Below are positions 1 to 9,250 of a stretch of DNA of 64,000 bases, in pieces. How positions within the stretch are numbered: position 1 is the first letter of the stretch; every line of letters starts with the position of its first letter. Both the position numbers and the translations under genes were made by a program. The notes beneath the pieces are model-generated. The model saw nothing but the letters and a program-made list of their open reading frames with translations, ran no database searches and was not told the origin of the DNA. The stretch spans positions 384,942 to 448,941 of the forward strand of contig JAQUQO010000001.1 in the NCBI GenBank assembly GCA_028716045.1, read 5' to 3'. Source of the DNA: Patescibacteria group bacterium (GTDB lineage Bacteria > Patescibacteriota > Patescibacteriia > JAQUQO01).

Positions 1-2
1 CG

Positions 3-287
3 GCCATACCGAAACTGGCGCACCTCCGCGAATCCGGTTCCATTGAGCAGGACGCCGATGTGGTAATGTTCATTTACCGCAAAGCCACGGATAGAAATTA
101 TAGCCTTGACGAAATTCCGCCGGAAGAAAAACATATTGCCGAAATTCATATTGCCAAACACCGCAACGGCCCTACCGGCTTGATTCGTTTATTTTTTGAC
201 CAAAACCGCGTGAGCTTTAAACCGCTGGACAAGCAAATGGGTCATTTTAGTCCTCCGCCGGAAGCAACAATTAACCCACAATTTTAA
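3..287 (+). CDS. dnaB: Replicative DNA helicase DnaB, C-terminal fragment (5' end lies outside the window)
   Basis: Frame-3 translation ...LRESGSIEQDADVVMFIYR...IAKHRNGPTG... matches the DnaB helicase C-terminus (motif H4/arginine finger region). Stop at 287 is followed by a hairpin terminator. Confidence 0.85.
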   Translation, partial: AIPKLAHLRESGSIEQDADVVMFIYRKATDRNYSLDEIPPEEKHIAEIHIAKHRNGPTGLIRLFFDQNRVSFKPLDKQMGHFSPPPEATINPQF

Positions 288-315
288 AAAAACTTCACAA
301 ATATAGACATCTAAT

Positions 316-345
316 CCCGAGTACTCGGGATTTTTTAACAAAATA
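316..345 (+). terminator. Intrinsic terminator of dnaB (hairpin cccgagtactcggg plus T-run); the adjacent hairpin gggggcagagaaaggtttctgccccc at 349-374 serves the minus strand
   Basis: Perfect GC stem followed by a T-run on each strand. The pair forms back-to-back terminators. Confidence 0.6.
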
Positions 346-399
346 AAGGGGGCAGAAACCTTTCTCTGCCCCCGAAAAGGTCGCGGCCGTGGCGTGGCG

Positions 400-507
400 C
401 TACTTTTCTCCGCAATTGCTCCCTCCCTCTTGCGAGGACTGAAGGAGACTTTCTTGAGAACTCTTCGTCGTGGTGTTCGCGACAGGACCTGCTGTTGAGT
501 AATTCAT
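400..507 (-). CDS. Possible 35-aa small ORF (MNYSTAGPVANTTTKSSQESLLQSSQEGGSNCGEK), not in the ORF track
   Basis: Perfect SD AAGGAGG lies 8 nt upstream of the ATG (minus strand). The ORF ends just before the minus-strand terminator at 349-374. The sequence is low-complexity with no homology I recognise. Confidence 0.25.
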   Translation of the reverse strand: MNYSTAGPVANTTTKSSQESLLQSSQEGGSNCGEK

Positions 508-663
508 TTTTCTTTACCTCCTTAATTCAGAGTTTCGCCTCTGCGCCCAAAACTACAACAGTGATTATAGAATAACACACAAACTCAAAAAAATAAAATT
601 AGATACCCACAGATTAAACTATCTCGCTGGCGACACCACTATGGTTTTTTAACCAATCCCCAA

Positions 664-752
664 TTGTCATTCTGAACGAGGTCAGCGAAGCTGACCGAAA
701 TGAAGAATCTGAATTTAGATTCTTCTCCCGAGTTCTCGGGGTCAGAATGACA
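664..752. repeat. Family-1 palindromic MITE-like element (outer inverted repeat TTGTCATTCTGA...TCAGAATGACA enclosing 3 internal hairpins)
   Basis: Outer inverted repeat ttgtcattctga/tcagaatgaca. Internal hairpins are gtcagcgaagctgac, gaatctgaatttagattc and cccgagttctcggg. The same architecture recurs at 6149-6310 and 29524-29595. Confidence 0.7.
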
Positions 753-1492
753 CTCCGCGCGGGGAGGCCCAAAAAATTCCTAAAATTAAAAGCCCTCGGA
801 TATAAATTTTCCGAGGGGCTTGATACATATTTTGCGGCCTTCTTTTGGCCGCTGGTTGTTGGGCAGTTTATGAACGGCGGTCTTACCCTGGACCCCGCGC
901 CGTTGTCGTCGGCTTATTCTCTAAAATTTGCGCTTTCGCGCATGCTCGGAGGTGCTCTCTTCATCTTTCTATCTCCTGCTTTTGGGGTTGTCGGTTAATA
1001 AACGCACACTATGTGCCGGATAAAACAAACAATCCAACCATTGTGGCATTCTTACCAATTTTGGTATTTTTACCAAATATATTGGCCGGGGTGTCAACCC
1101 GCTTTATTCTGAATGCGCTGACCAATCGATTTCTCCCGTTTTTGTTCGTATTGGTGACTTTGCCGTGTAGATGGTCGTATCCGTAAACTGGGCGATCACC
1201 TCACTCGGCGATTTTTTTTCGGCGATTTTTTCCACAAATTGGTTTCTTCCAACTTTCTGTCATTCTTTTGCTAAGTTAGCGACTACTGACATTTTACTGG
1301 CAGATTTATGCGCTGCTTAACAGGGGTGTCAACCCTACAAAGAATGCGGACCTCCTCTTACCTCCATTCTGGTTAAATCTTTACGCCAATATATAATTTT
1401 CAAACGTGGTTATATTATAACATAATGGCTAAAACCTGTCAAGAGTGTGGGGAAGGGAGATACTAATAACCGTCTAAAACCCAAGAAAAACA

Positions 1493-1830
1493 ACAAAAAA
1501 ACGAGAGTTAGTTAACTCTCGTAGGGCTCTGCTTCCCCAGGCTCATACCACATGGGATATACGCTCCCCGGCAGGCTTCCTTTTAGAAGGAAGGTGACCT
1601 CACAATGGGCCACTGACTCCTTACGTCACCATTTTATAGCAGGTGAACGCTAATTTTGTCTTTAAACTCTCCGCTAAAGAAATGGCATCTAAACCTCCTT
1701 TTCTCCTCGTAGTAGAGTTAACACTAATTTTTGCGCCGATTTACTAAATCCCATCCTACAGAAATGGCATTTTAAACCTCCTTAGCGCCTTTTTTCGTGT
1801 TAATAAATTATAAATCTCCTTAAAAGAGTT
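1493..1830 (-). ncRNA. Predicted roughly 340-nt small RNA of unknown class, carrying two SD-preceded MPFL mini-ORFs
   Basis: The minus strand carries a perfect promoter TTGACA-17-TATAAT (plus coordinates 1837-1865), then the transcript, then a 9-bp GC hairpin cgagagtta/taactctcg (1501-1522) followed by a U7 run. No protein ORF of 60 aa or more lies on this strand. There are two copies of AAGGAGGTTTArA-ATG-CCA-TTT-CTN-TAG. Confidence 0.55.
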
Positions 1831-1836
1831 GATTAT

Positions 1837-1865
1837 ATTATAGTACATTTTACTAATTTTGTCAA
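1837..1865 (-). promoter_or_regulatory. Sigma-70 promoter (TTGACA-17 nt-TATAAT) driving the minus-strand small RNA; the -35 box is contributed by a half-copy of the dispersed palindromic operator element
   Basis: Read directly from the sequence. The -35 box is plus 1860-1865 (complement) and the -10 box is plus 1837-1842 (complement). Confidence 0.6.
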
Positions 1866-1884
1866 GACCTGTCAGCCGCGACCC
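1859..1884. repeat. Partial copy of the dispersed TTGTCAAGACCCGTC...GCGAC palindromic operator/promoter element (copy 1 of 5)
   Basis: ttgtcaagacctgtcagccgcgaccc matches the left arm and centre of the 26-bp palindrome seen at 13566, 24838, 49138 and 56308. Confidence 0.6.
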
Positions 1885-1979
1885 TATTAAAAAGGCTTGA
1901 TTTAGCCAAAAGCGGGGCTATTCCAAATAATACTGAAATGTAATATAATAAATTCAATCTATAAATAATAAAACCCCAT

Positions 1980-2267
1980 ATGTTCAATAAGTTAAAACAA
2001 TACAAAGAACTGCGTGACCAAGCTAAAAAAATACAAAACGGCTTAGCCGAAGAACACGTGACGCTGGAAAACCACGGCATCAATTTAACTATGAACGGCA
2101 ATATGGAAGTGGAATTAATAAAATTAAATCCGGGATTAGACATAGAGTCGCAGGAAAAATATCTTCGCGAATTGTTAAATAACGCCACTAAAAAAGTCCA
2201 GCGTGTCATGGCTGAAAAAATGAAAAATATGGGCGGGCTGGGCAATTTTAATATTCCCGGAATGTAA
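1980..2267 (+). CDS. ybaB: Nucleoid-associated protein YbaB/EbfC
   Basis: 95 aa with the MFNKLKQ...KELRDQAKKIQ...MNGNMEV pattern typical of YbaB. It lies immediately upstream of recR, the conserved pairing. Confidence 0.85.
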   Translation: MFNKLKQYKELRDQAKKIQNGLAEEHVTLENHGINLTMNGNMEVELIKLNPGLDIESQEKYLRELLNNATKKVQRVMAEKMKNMGGLGNFNIPGM

Positions 2268-2360
2268 ATCACTGCCCCCCGATAAGAGGGATCGGGGGGT
2301 TAAGAAAGAAATCTTTTTTAAAACAACCCCCTTAATCCCCCTTATCATGGGGAAACAATT

Positions 2361-2957
2361 ATGCGGTTTCCTAAAGTCATCCAAAATTTAATTGACCAAT
2401 TCAATAAACTGCCCGGCATTGGACCCAAGACCTCCGAGCGGCTGGTTTTCTATCTGCTTAAACGCCCGAGGGAAGAACTGAAAGAATTTGCCGAAGCGCT
2501 GGAGAAAGTTTCCAACGCCACCACTGTTTGTTCAATATGCTATAACTTCACGGAAACCAACCCCTGTGAAATTTGCTCCGACAAAAAAAGAGATAAAAAC
2601 ATAATTTGCGTGGTGGCGGAAATCTTCGATTTGTTGGCCATAGAAAATACCGGAGAATATAACGGGCTGTATCACGTCCTGGGCGGAAATCTGAACCCGA
2701 TTGAGGGCATCACACCGGACGAATTGACTATCAAACAACTGCTCGCGCGCCTATCTAAAAACGGATTCCGGGAAATAATTCTAGCTCTCAATCCTGACAT
2801 TGAAGGCGAATCCACCACGCTTTATCTTTCTAAAATTTTAAAGCCCTACAAAATAAAAATCACCCGCTTGGCGCGGGGCCTGCCCATGGGCAGTAATCTG
2901 GAATACGCCGATGAAATTACTATTTCCAACGCGCTCAAGGGAAGGATGGAAATATAA
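2361..2957 (+). CDS. recR: Recombination protein RecR
   Basis: The N-terminus LPGIGPKTSERLVFYLL is a helix-hairpin-helix. A C4 zinc finger CSICYNFTETNPCEIC is present. The Toprim region VVAEIFDLLAIE follows. Confidence 0.95.
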   Translation: MRFPKVIQNLIDQFNKLPGIGPKTSERLVFYLLKRPREELKEFAEALEKVSNATTVCSICYNFTETNPCEICSDKKRDKNIICVVAEIFDLLAIENTGEYNGLYHVLGGNLNPIEGITPDELTIKQLLARLSKNGFREIILALNPDIEGESTTLYLSKILKPYKIKITRLARGLPMGSNLEYADEITISNALKGRMEI

Positions 2958-3019
2958 AACGGCTGACGGCTGATGGACCGGCTCATGGCTTACGGACTAC
3001 GGCTCATAGTGATAAAAAA

Positions 3020-3052
3020 CAAAAAATTCTCCTTTTTTGGGAGAATTTTTTT
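3020..3052. terminator. Bidirectional intrinsic terminator between the convergent recR and rplU genes
   Basis: aaaaaattctccttttttgggagaattttttt is a hairpin flanked by A/T runs on both sides. Confidence 0.6.
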
Positions 3053-3055
3053 ATA

Positions 3056-3379
3056 TTACTTACCAATCTTCTCAATTTTTATTTTGGTAAAATACTGCCT
3101 GTGACCGGCGTGCCGGCGGTAACGGGCCTTGCTTTTAAACTTTATCACCGCAATTTTTCTGTTTCTGCCCTGCTCCAAAATTGACGCTTCAACTTTGGCG
3201 CCTTTAATTTCCGGCATTCCGAGGTCAACGGATTTCCCCGCCTCATCAGCCAAAAGCAAAACTTTATCAAAAATAATCTTGCCGCCCTTGTCTCCGGCAA
3301 TTTTTTCTATTTTAAGAGTATTGCCCTCTTGAACTTTGTATTGCTTGCCGCCAGTTTTAATAACCGCGATATTAGCCAT
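3056..3379 (-). CDS. rplU: 50S ribosomal protein L21
   Basis: MANIAVIKTGGKQYKVQEGNTLKIEKI is a canonical L21 N-terminus. Confidence 0.95.
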   Translation of the reverse strand: MANIAVIKTGGKQYKVQEGNTLKIEKIAGDKGGKIIFDKVLLLADEAGKSVDLGMPEIKGAKVEASILEQGRNRKIAVIKFKSKARYRRHAGHRQYFTKIKIEKIGK

Positions 3380-3418
3380 ATCTAAAATTATTTATAAAAA
3401 ATATACATCTATATTAAC

Positions 3419-3874
3419 TTAATCAATTTTTTTTGTCAACACCTCAAATTTACCCCCTCTTTTAACACCCTCCTCCCCTGCCAATCCTCCCCTAATCTCC
3501 AAAACATAATCAACCGGCTGGGGTGGATAATATAGGGCCGTTTCGTCAAGATGGCTAACATTATGTTCAATACCTATAATTTCACCACCAGCAATCCAGA
3601 TTATATCAATATCAAACTTCATGCCCTTCATCCAAAATGGCAATGTGGAGCCATTTTTAAAAATAAACAACATGCCCTCGCCCTCCCCTATTTCTTCGCG
3701 TCCGGAAAGTCCCCTGGATATTTCGGCAGTGGAATCCGCTAACTCCGCTTCAATAACTAATTTGCCTTGGTCTAAAGAAATCCGCGCTTTGGCCGTTGAT
3801 GTTGCCCATAAAACAATAACTATCGCCCCAAAACATAAAAATAAAATAGCCACCAAAATTATCACTTTTTTCAT
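3419..3874 (-). CDS. DUF192 (COG1430) family protein with N-terminal membrane anchor
   Basis: MLFIFKNGSTLPFWMKGMKFDIDIIWI matches the DUF192 signature. Confidence 0.6.
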   Translation of the reverse strand: MKKVIILVAILFLCFGAIVIVLWATSTAKARISLDQGKLVIEAELADSTAEISRGLSGREEIGEGEGMLFIFKNGSTLPFWMKGMKFDIDIIWIAGGEIIGIEHNVSHLDETALYYPPQPVDYVLEIRGGLAGEEGVKRGGKFEVLTKKID

Positions 3875-4974
3875 AGACCCGCGCTTGATTTTGATTTTCT
3901 AACCGCTAAAATCGCCAAAACCAACATCACTAAAACTAAAATTGCCAAAGCCCAAAGCTTGCTCCGGCTCTGCAAGAACAGGGCGCCGGCGCCGAAAGAA
4001 ACTGATAAAAAATATAAAAATAAAACCGCGCCGCGATGTGAGAACCCCAAATTTAGCAGACGAAAATGTAGATGCTTAGCATCTCCCCGAAACGGCGATT
4101 TTTTTTCCACAAAAATCCTTCTTAAAATCACCCACAGCACATCCAAAACCGGAATGCCGACGACAAGAAGCGTGGTGGCGACTTTACTGCCGGAAATAAT
4201 ACCAAGAGCGCCAAGCATAAAACCGCAAAATAGACTTCCGCCCTCGCCCAAAAATATTTTAGCGGGATGCCAATTAAAAATTAAAAAACCCGCGCAGACG
4301 GCGGCTAAAATCAAAGCCAACGCCGCCACCTCCGGCTGGTACCACCGAGTCAGCAAACTCAAACCGGCGATAATCAAAGCGCCAATAATGGTAATGCCGG
4401 AAACCAATCCGTCCAATCCGTCCAAAAATTTTGTGGTATACATCATCCCCATCAGCCATAAAAAAGTGAAAACATCAGCCAATAAAGTAAATTTATACGC
4501 TATTCCATTGTGCCAAAATAAAATCCATTCATAGGTAGTAAAATCCAAAAGTCCGCCAAAGGGATTATTGATATAATGTATGCCAATACCCGAAACAATC
4601 ACAATAATTACCGCGGCCATCGGAAAAATAATCTGAAACTTCGGCGCTAAATTATATTTGTCATCTAAAAAACCGCCAATCATTAAAACAAGCCCGCCAA
4701 AAAATAAACCGGCTAAATTTTTGACTACTAACTGCTTATCCAAAATCATTTCCGGGTTTATAAAATAAATCACCGCCAAAACAATAAAAAAAGACAAAAA
4801 AAGAGCCAGACCGCCAAAAAGCGGGGTCGGCTCCTGATGGATTTTCCTACCGCCGGTGGGCTGGTCAAGAACATTAAAACGCAAAGCCAGACGGCGGATA
4901 AAAAAAGTAAGAACAATACTTATGACAAAAGAAAAAACCGTTAACCACAACATAAGGAGCATTATTTTTCGCAA
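3871..4974 (-). CDS. Polyprenyl-phosphate sugar-1-phosphate transferase, MraY/WecA family (glycosyltransferase family 4)
   Basis: Multi-TM protein with the GFLDDKYNLAPKFQ motif typical of MraY/WecA. Its start overlaps the downstream gene stop by 4 bp. Confidence 0.65.
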   Translation of the reverse strand: MRKIMLLMLWLTVFSFVISIVLTFFIRRLALRFNVLDQPTGGRKIHQEPTPLFGGLALFLSFFIVLAVIYFINPEMILDKQLVVKNLAGLFFGGLVLMIGGFLDDKYNLAPKFQIIFPMAAVIIVIVSGIGIHYINNPFGGLLDFTTYEWILFWHNGIAYKFTLLADVFTFLWLMGMMYTTKFLDGLDGLVSGITIIGALIIAGLSLLTRWYQPEVAALALILAAVCAGFLIFNWHPAKIFLGEGGSLFCGFMLGALGIISGSKVATTLLVVGIPVLDVLWVILRRIFVEKKSPFRGDAKHLHFRLLNLGFSHRGAVLFLYFLSVSFGAGALFLQSRSKLWALAILVLVMLVLAILAVRKSKSSAGL

Positions 4975-6071
4975 GTTGGATTAAGAAAACCTGAACACTC
5001 GTATCCAGCCGGGCATTGATAGTCCTCGGCGCAAGAATCCCCGGGTGATAATTTAGAATAACATTTGTTTATTGTATATCCTAAAAGAGTGTCAAGATTG
5101 CACCACTGCCCGGTTCCGCAATCATTTTGGCTGGAACAGCCCTCCCCTTGTTTTCTGCAATTATACCCCGCCCCCTCCTGCCGGCAAGTAAACCCCGGCG
5201 CGCATTTTTGGGAATTATTGCATGGAGCGCCGTCCATGCCATTTGAGCAAAGCCCACTCTCGCAAATTTTGCTTTCGCACTCCGAAGCATTGGAACAATC
5301 ACTACCCGCCGACCGGCCAGTAGAACCCTCACAAGAACCTATCCCCTTTTTAGGGTTAGCTTCCTCGTCACATTTAAATCCTTTCTGACAGTCGGCGTCG
5401 GTTAGGCAGGAAGACCCCTTGTCCCCGCCGCTGCAAAGGCCAGTGCCTCCCCCGCCGGCATTTTCAATACATTTTTGTCCTCGGGGGCAAGAATCCGAAA
5501 TTTTAAGGTCACATGTTTGCTCCGCTTTGGACGGGCAAACTATTTCCGTTTCTCCTGACAAACATTCATTCACTCTCGCGACATAGTCATTTCTATCTCC
5601 GCTAGCATTAACACCGGAGACGGGTTTACAGCAAATAGTTTTGGCTTTTTCTACTTCTGTAATCGTTCTGATTTCCGGCACTTTCAATTTTGTCAGATTG
5701 GGATTCACTGTATTTAAAATAAACCATGAGCCAAATACTAAAAATAGTCCTATCAACGCGCTGGCTATGTATTCTTTGGCATTCTTCACTCTATCCGGAC
5801 TGCCGCCGGCCGTCAGCCAAATCACTCCGCCGACGACTATCATCACAACTGCCACGATGCCGACTATGGAAAGGGCGTAATTATAAATAACGTTGATGTA
5901 ATCGGCAATATCAATTGACGCAATCATCGTGTCTTCATCATAACTCATCCCGGGAATGGGCACGGAAATTTTAACCTGCGGTTTCTCCGCGGCCAAAACA
6001 AAACCCGTGAGCAAAATTTGAAGTGCGAAAATAATGACGATGATAGATAAAATTCTTTTAGAAAAAAGCAT
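4962..6071 (-). CDS. Membrane-anchored surface protein: VirB2/TrbC-pilin-like double-TM N-terminal core fused to a long Cys-rich (EGF/Dickkopf-like) extracellular domain
   Basis: N-terminal TM segment, then the second hydrophobic segment IVGIVAVVMIVVGGVIWLTAGGSPDRVKNAKEYIASALIGLFLVFGSWFILNTV typical of TrbC/VirB2 pilins. This is followed by roughly 230 aa containing more than 40 Cys in repeated CxxGxxC modules. Confidence 0.55.
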   Translation of the reverse strand: MLFSKRILSIIVIIFALQILLTGFVLAAEKPQVKISVPIPGMSYDEDTMIASIDIADYINVIYNYALSIVGIVAVVMIVVGGVIWLTAGGSPDRVKNAKEYIASALIGLFLVFGSWFILNTVNPNLTKLKVPEIRTITEVEKAKTICCKPVSGVNASGDRNDYVARVNECLSGETEIVCPSKAEQTCDLKISDSCPRGQKCIENAGGGGTGLCSGGDKGSSCLTDADCQKGFKCDEEANPKKGIGSCEGSTGRSAGSDCSNASECESKICESGLCSNGMDGAPCNNSQKCAPGFTCRQEGAGYNCRKQGEGCSSQNDCGTGQWCNLDTLLGYTINKCYSKLSPGDSCAEDYQCPAGYECSGFLNPTCEK

Positions 6072-6148
6072 AGGGCTAAATTATAGATAAACTACTGCTT
6101 ACCGAATTTTGGCGTTAAAAAAGAATCCTTACTTTCTGTTTTTATTTA

Positions 6149-6310
6149 TTGTCATTCCGAGCGGAACGAATGAGCGATAGCGAATGAGTGCAGTCGAGGA
6201 ATCCCTTATACGCGGTTAAACGGATTGAACAAAATTTTAGCTTCTCCGAAGTTTAAGCGATTTCCTTCGGCAAGCTCAGGAGAGGCCCTCCACTTCGGTC
6301 GGAATGACAA
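6149..6310. repeat. Family-1 palindromic MITE-like element, long variant
   Basis: Outer inverted repeat ttgtcattccgagcgg...ccacttcggtcggaatgacaa with an internal structured insert. Confidence 0.65.
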
Positions 6311-6390
6311 AATATAAACAATACTCACAATTCTTACACTTTATTTTAGCATATTTTAGGGAAAATAAAAAACCGCGTTGCGTTGGCAAT

Positions 6391-6573
6391 TTGTCTTTGC
6401 GAGGCGTCCCGAGAATTCGGGACGACGAAGCAATCTGATCCGAGTGGTTATTCTGAATAAAGCAAAATCTACGGTTGTCGTCCTCGGCCTGCTAAACGTG
6501 GTCAAAATGGCACTAATCTCGCACCAGATTACTTCGCTCATCCCGCCGTGGCGGGATTCGCTCGCAAAGACAA
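6391..6573. repeat. Family-2 mosaic palindromic element (outer inverted repeat TTGTCTTTGCGAGG...CTCGCAAAGACAA with shared internal hairpin modules)
   Basis: Internal modules are cgtcccgag-N-ctcgggacg, gaagcaatctga...cagattacttc and tcccgccgtggcggga. The same modules recur at 29609-29775, 32320-32414 and 33854-33919. Confidence 0.65.
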
Positions 6574-6667
6574 TATGATATTATCGGTATTTAGAATTTA
6601 GTTATTAAAAAACCGCCCTGATATTAAATCAAAGCGGTTTAAAATGATTTTCTTGCTAAATTTTCAA

Positions 6668-6880
6668 TCAGGACTCCTCCAAAATTTCCTCGTTTTCCTC
6701 CGCGGTGGCGTTGTATCCCTGTAAAGCATAGGGAATGAGTGTGTTACTTCTGTATAAAAGACGGACGCAAACCTGCCTAGTCCTCACTCTTTCCCTCTGC
6801 AACATTTTAGGTAATTGAAACTGCTGGTAAAGTATTAACCCCACGCCCAAAATGATTAAAAAACCACAAACGTAAAGCAT
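6668..6880 (-). CDS. Small membrane protein downstream of tgt (position consistent with a degenerate YajC, but the motif is not conserved)
   Basis: 70 aa with a single N-terminal TM. tgt-yajC synteny is common, but the YajC GDxVxTxGG motif is absent. Confidence 0.3.
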   Translation of the reverse strand: MLYVCGFLIILGVGLILYQQFQLPKMLQRERVRTRQVCVRLLYRSNTLIPYALQGYNATAEENEEILEES

Positions 6881-6903
6881 TTTTCTTCCTCCTATATCTA
6901 ATT

Positions 6904-8022
<1,119 letters not shown>

Positions 8023-8087
8023 CTATTCGGCGGCGCTTTGCCCCGCCCTTTGAACAAACCCCAGTATTTATATTGGGAAGTCGGGGG

Positions 8088-8116
8088 TTGACTATAAAAA
8101 TTATTTCTATTATAAT
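8088..8116 (+). promoter_or_regulatory. Sigma-70 promoter TTGACT-17 nt-TATAAT for the CDP-alcohol phosphatidyltransferase gene
   Basis: Perfect spacing and a consensus -10 box, 40 bp upstream of the ATG. Confidence 0.55.
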
Positions 8117-8157
8117 ACCCGAAATTGCGTTCTTTGTCAATTTAAAAAGGAGGAAAA

Positions 8158-8775
8158 ATGGTCACAAAAAAATTTAGTGATTATCTTACGGAGAGAGACA
8201 AGCTCTGGCAAGAATGGATGAAAAAACACTGGCCCTGCCCCAGATATTTTACCGCTAACTTACTCACGATTGCCCGCTTCCCACTACTTATCCCCATTAT
8301 TGTTTTTATCCAAATGGGCAAAGAGTATTGGGCCCTGGCAATATTCTTTATCGCCTGCGGCGGAATCCTGGATATACTTGACGGTCCGGTAGCCAGAACG
8401 TTTAAGCAGGAAAGTGAGCTGGGAAAATTTTTAGACCCCCTAGCGGACAAACTCGTCATTCTCTTGCCGCTCTGGACTGCTGCTTTTCACAAAGAGGGGC
8501 TGGAAAGTTTGATTATTCTTATGGCGCTTACCGTTATTGAATCGCTTTTGATACTGAAAAGGATTCTTACTAAACTCGGCTGGGAAATCGGCTCACCGGA
8601 AATTAAAGCACGGCTTTCTGGAAAAATTAAATCTTATATCCAGTTTTTCGGAATCGGCGCTTATCTCATCGGACACGGAGTCAACTACGGCTGGCTCGTC
8701 CAATCCGGAATAGCTCTAATTGTTATCTCCACTTTGCTGGCCGCTATCAGCTTAAAAGACCATTTTGATTTTTAA
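8158..8775 (+). CDS. CDP-alcohol phosphatidyltransferase (PgsA-like)
   Basis: DILDGPVARTFKQESELGKFLDPLADK matches the DG(x)2AR(x)8G(x)3D(x)3D motif. The protein has multiple TM segments. Confidence 0.8.
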   Translation: MVTKKFSDYLTERDKLWQEWMKKHWPCPRYFTANLLTIARFPLLIPIIVFIQMGKEYWALAIFFIACGGILDILDGPVARTFKQESELGKFLDPLADKLVILLPLWTAAFHKEGLESLIILMALTVIESLLILKRILTKLGWEIGSPEIKARLSGKIKSYIQFFGIGAYLIGHGVNYGWLVQSGIALIVISTLLAAISLKDHFDF

Positions 8776-8887
8776 TTTCTTAAAACCCCGCTTAACGGGG
8801 TTTTTATTTTAAAAAAAATAATTTCTCTCGCGACAAGCTTAGAGAGAAATTATTTTCAGGACTGCCAATTTAACTTTTGTTTTTGTT

Positions 8888-9235
8888 TTATTTATAGGCA
8901 ACCGCTGTGCTCCCGGGAATAAGATAATCCACCTTGGAAACGGCCACCATATTTAATCCCTTAATTTTTTCCGCCAAATAACTATGCGATTGTAATTCCG
9001 CTATTTTTAATTCCAGATTTTTATTATCATCTTTCAGGGTTTCTATCCTTTTTTCTAAATCCTTAATTTCAAAACCTTTGGCCGCCACGCTGTTTATCTG
9101 AACTAAATATAAAAGTCCGGCTGCGACAATAAGAACCAAAATAATTACATTAAAATTAAGACCATTTATCCTTTTCCAAAAAGACCGTCGGCGCAACTCG
9201 TATTTAATTTTTTTGAGTCTTAAAAAACAGGTCAT
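8888..9235 (-). CDS. ftsL: Cell division protein FtsL / septum formation initiator-like
   Basis: Single TM plus a coiled coil (KDLEKRIETLKDDNKNLELKIAELQ). It lies immediately downstream of rsmH in the mraZ-rsmH-ftsL arrangement. Confidence 0.65.
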   Translation of the reverse strand: MTCFLRLKKIKYELRRRSFWKRINGLNFNVIILVLIVAAGLLYLVQINSVAAKGFEIKDLEKRIETLKDDNKNLELKIAELQSHSYLAEKIKGLNMVAVSKVDYLIPGSTAVAYK

Positions 9236-9250
9236 GTTTTTGTTTTATTT

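Noticed and set aside
747-1186. ORF-track ORFs 747-998 and 845-1186 on the plus strand
   Set aside because: They overlap each other and the palindromic MITE, have no Shine-Dalgarno sequence, are low-complexity, and sit in a repeat-rich non-coding island. I treat them as spurious.
1493-1830. Possibility that the minus-strand RNA is tmRNA, SRP RNA, 6S RNA or RNase P RNA
   Set aside because: There is no tRNA-like 3' end with a tag reading frame. There is only a partial GGAAGCAG resemblance to the SRP domain IV motif, without the flanking AGGUCCGG. Length and helices do not fit the 6S or RNase P consensus. I leave it as an unclassified RNA.
1862-2272. 136-aa minus-strand ORF
   Set aside because: It is antisense to the well-supported ybaB gene and runs into the promoter region. 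Its amino-acid composition is not protein-like.
6668-6880. Calling the 70-aa ORF after tgt YajC
   Set aside because: Its position fits the tgt-yajC synteny, but the conserved YajC C-terminal motif is absent. I keep it as a hypothetical small membrane protein.
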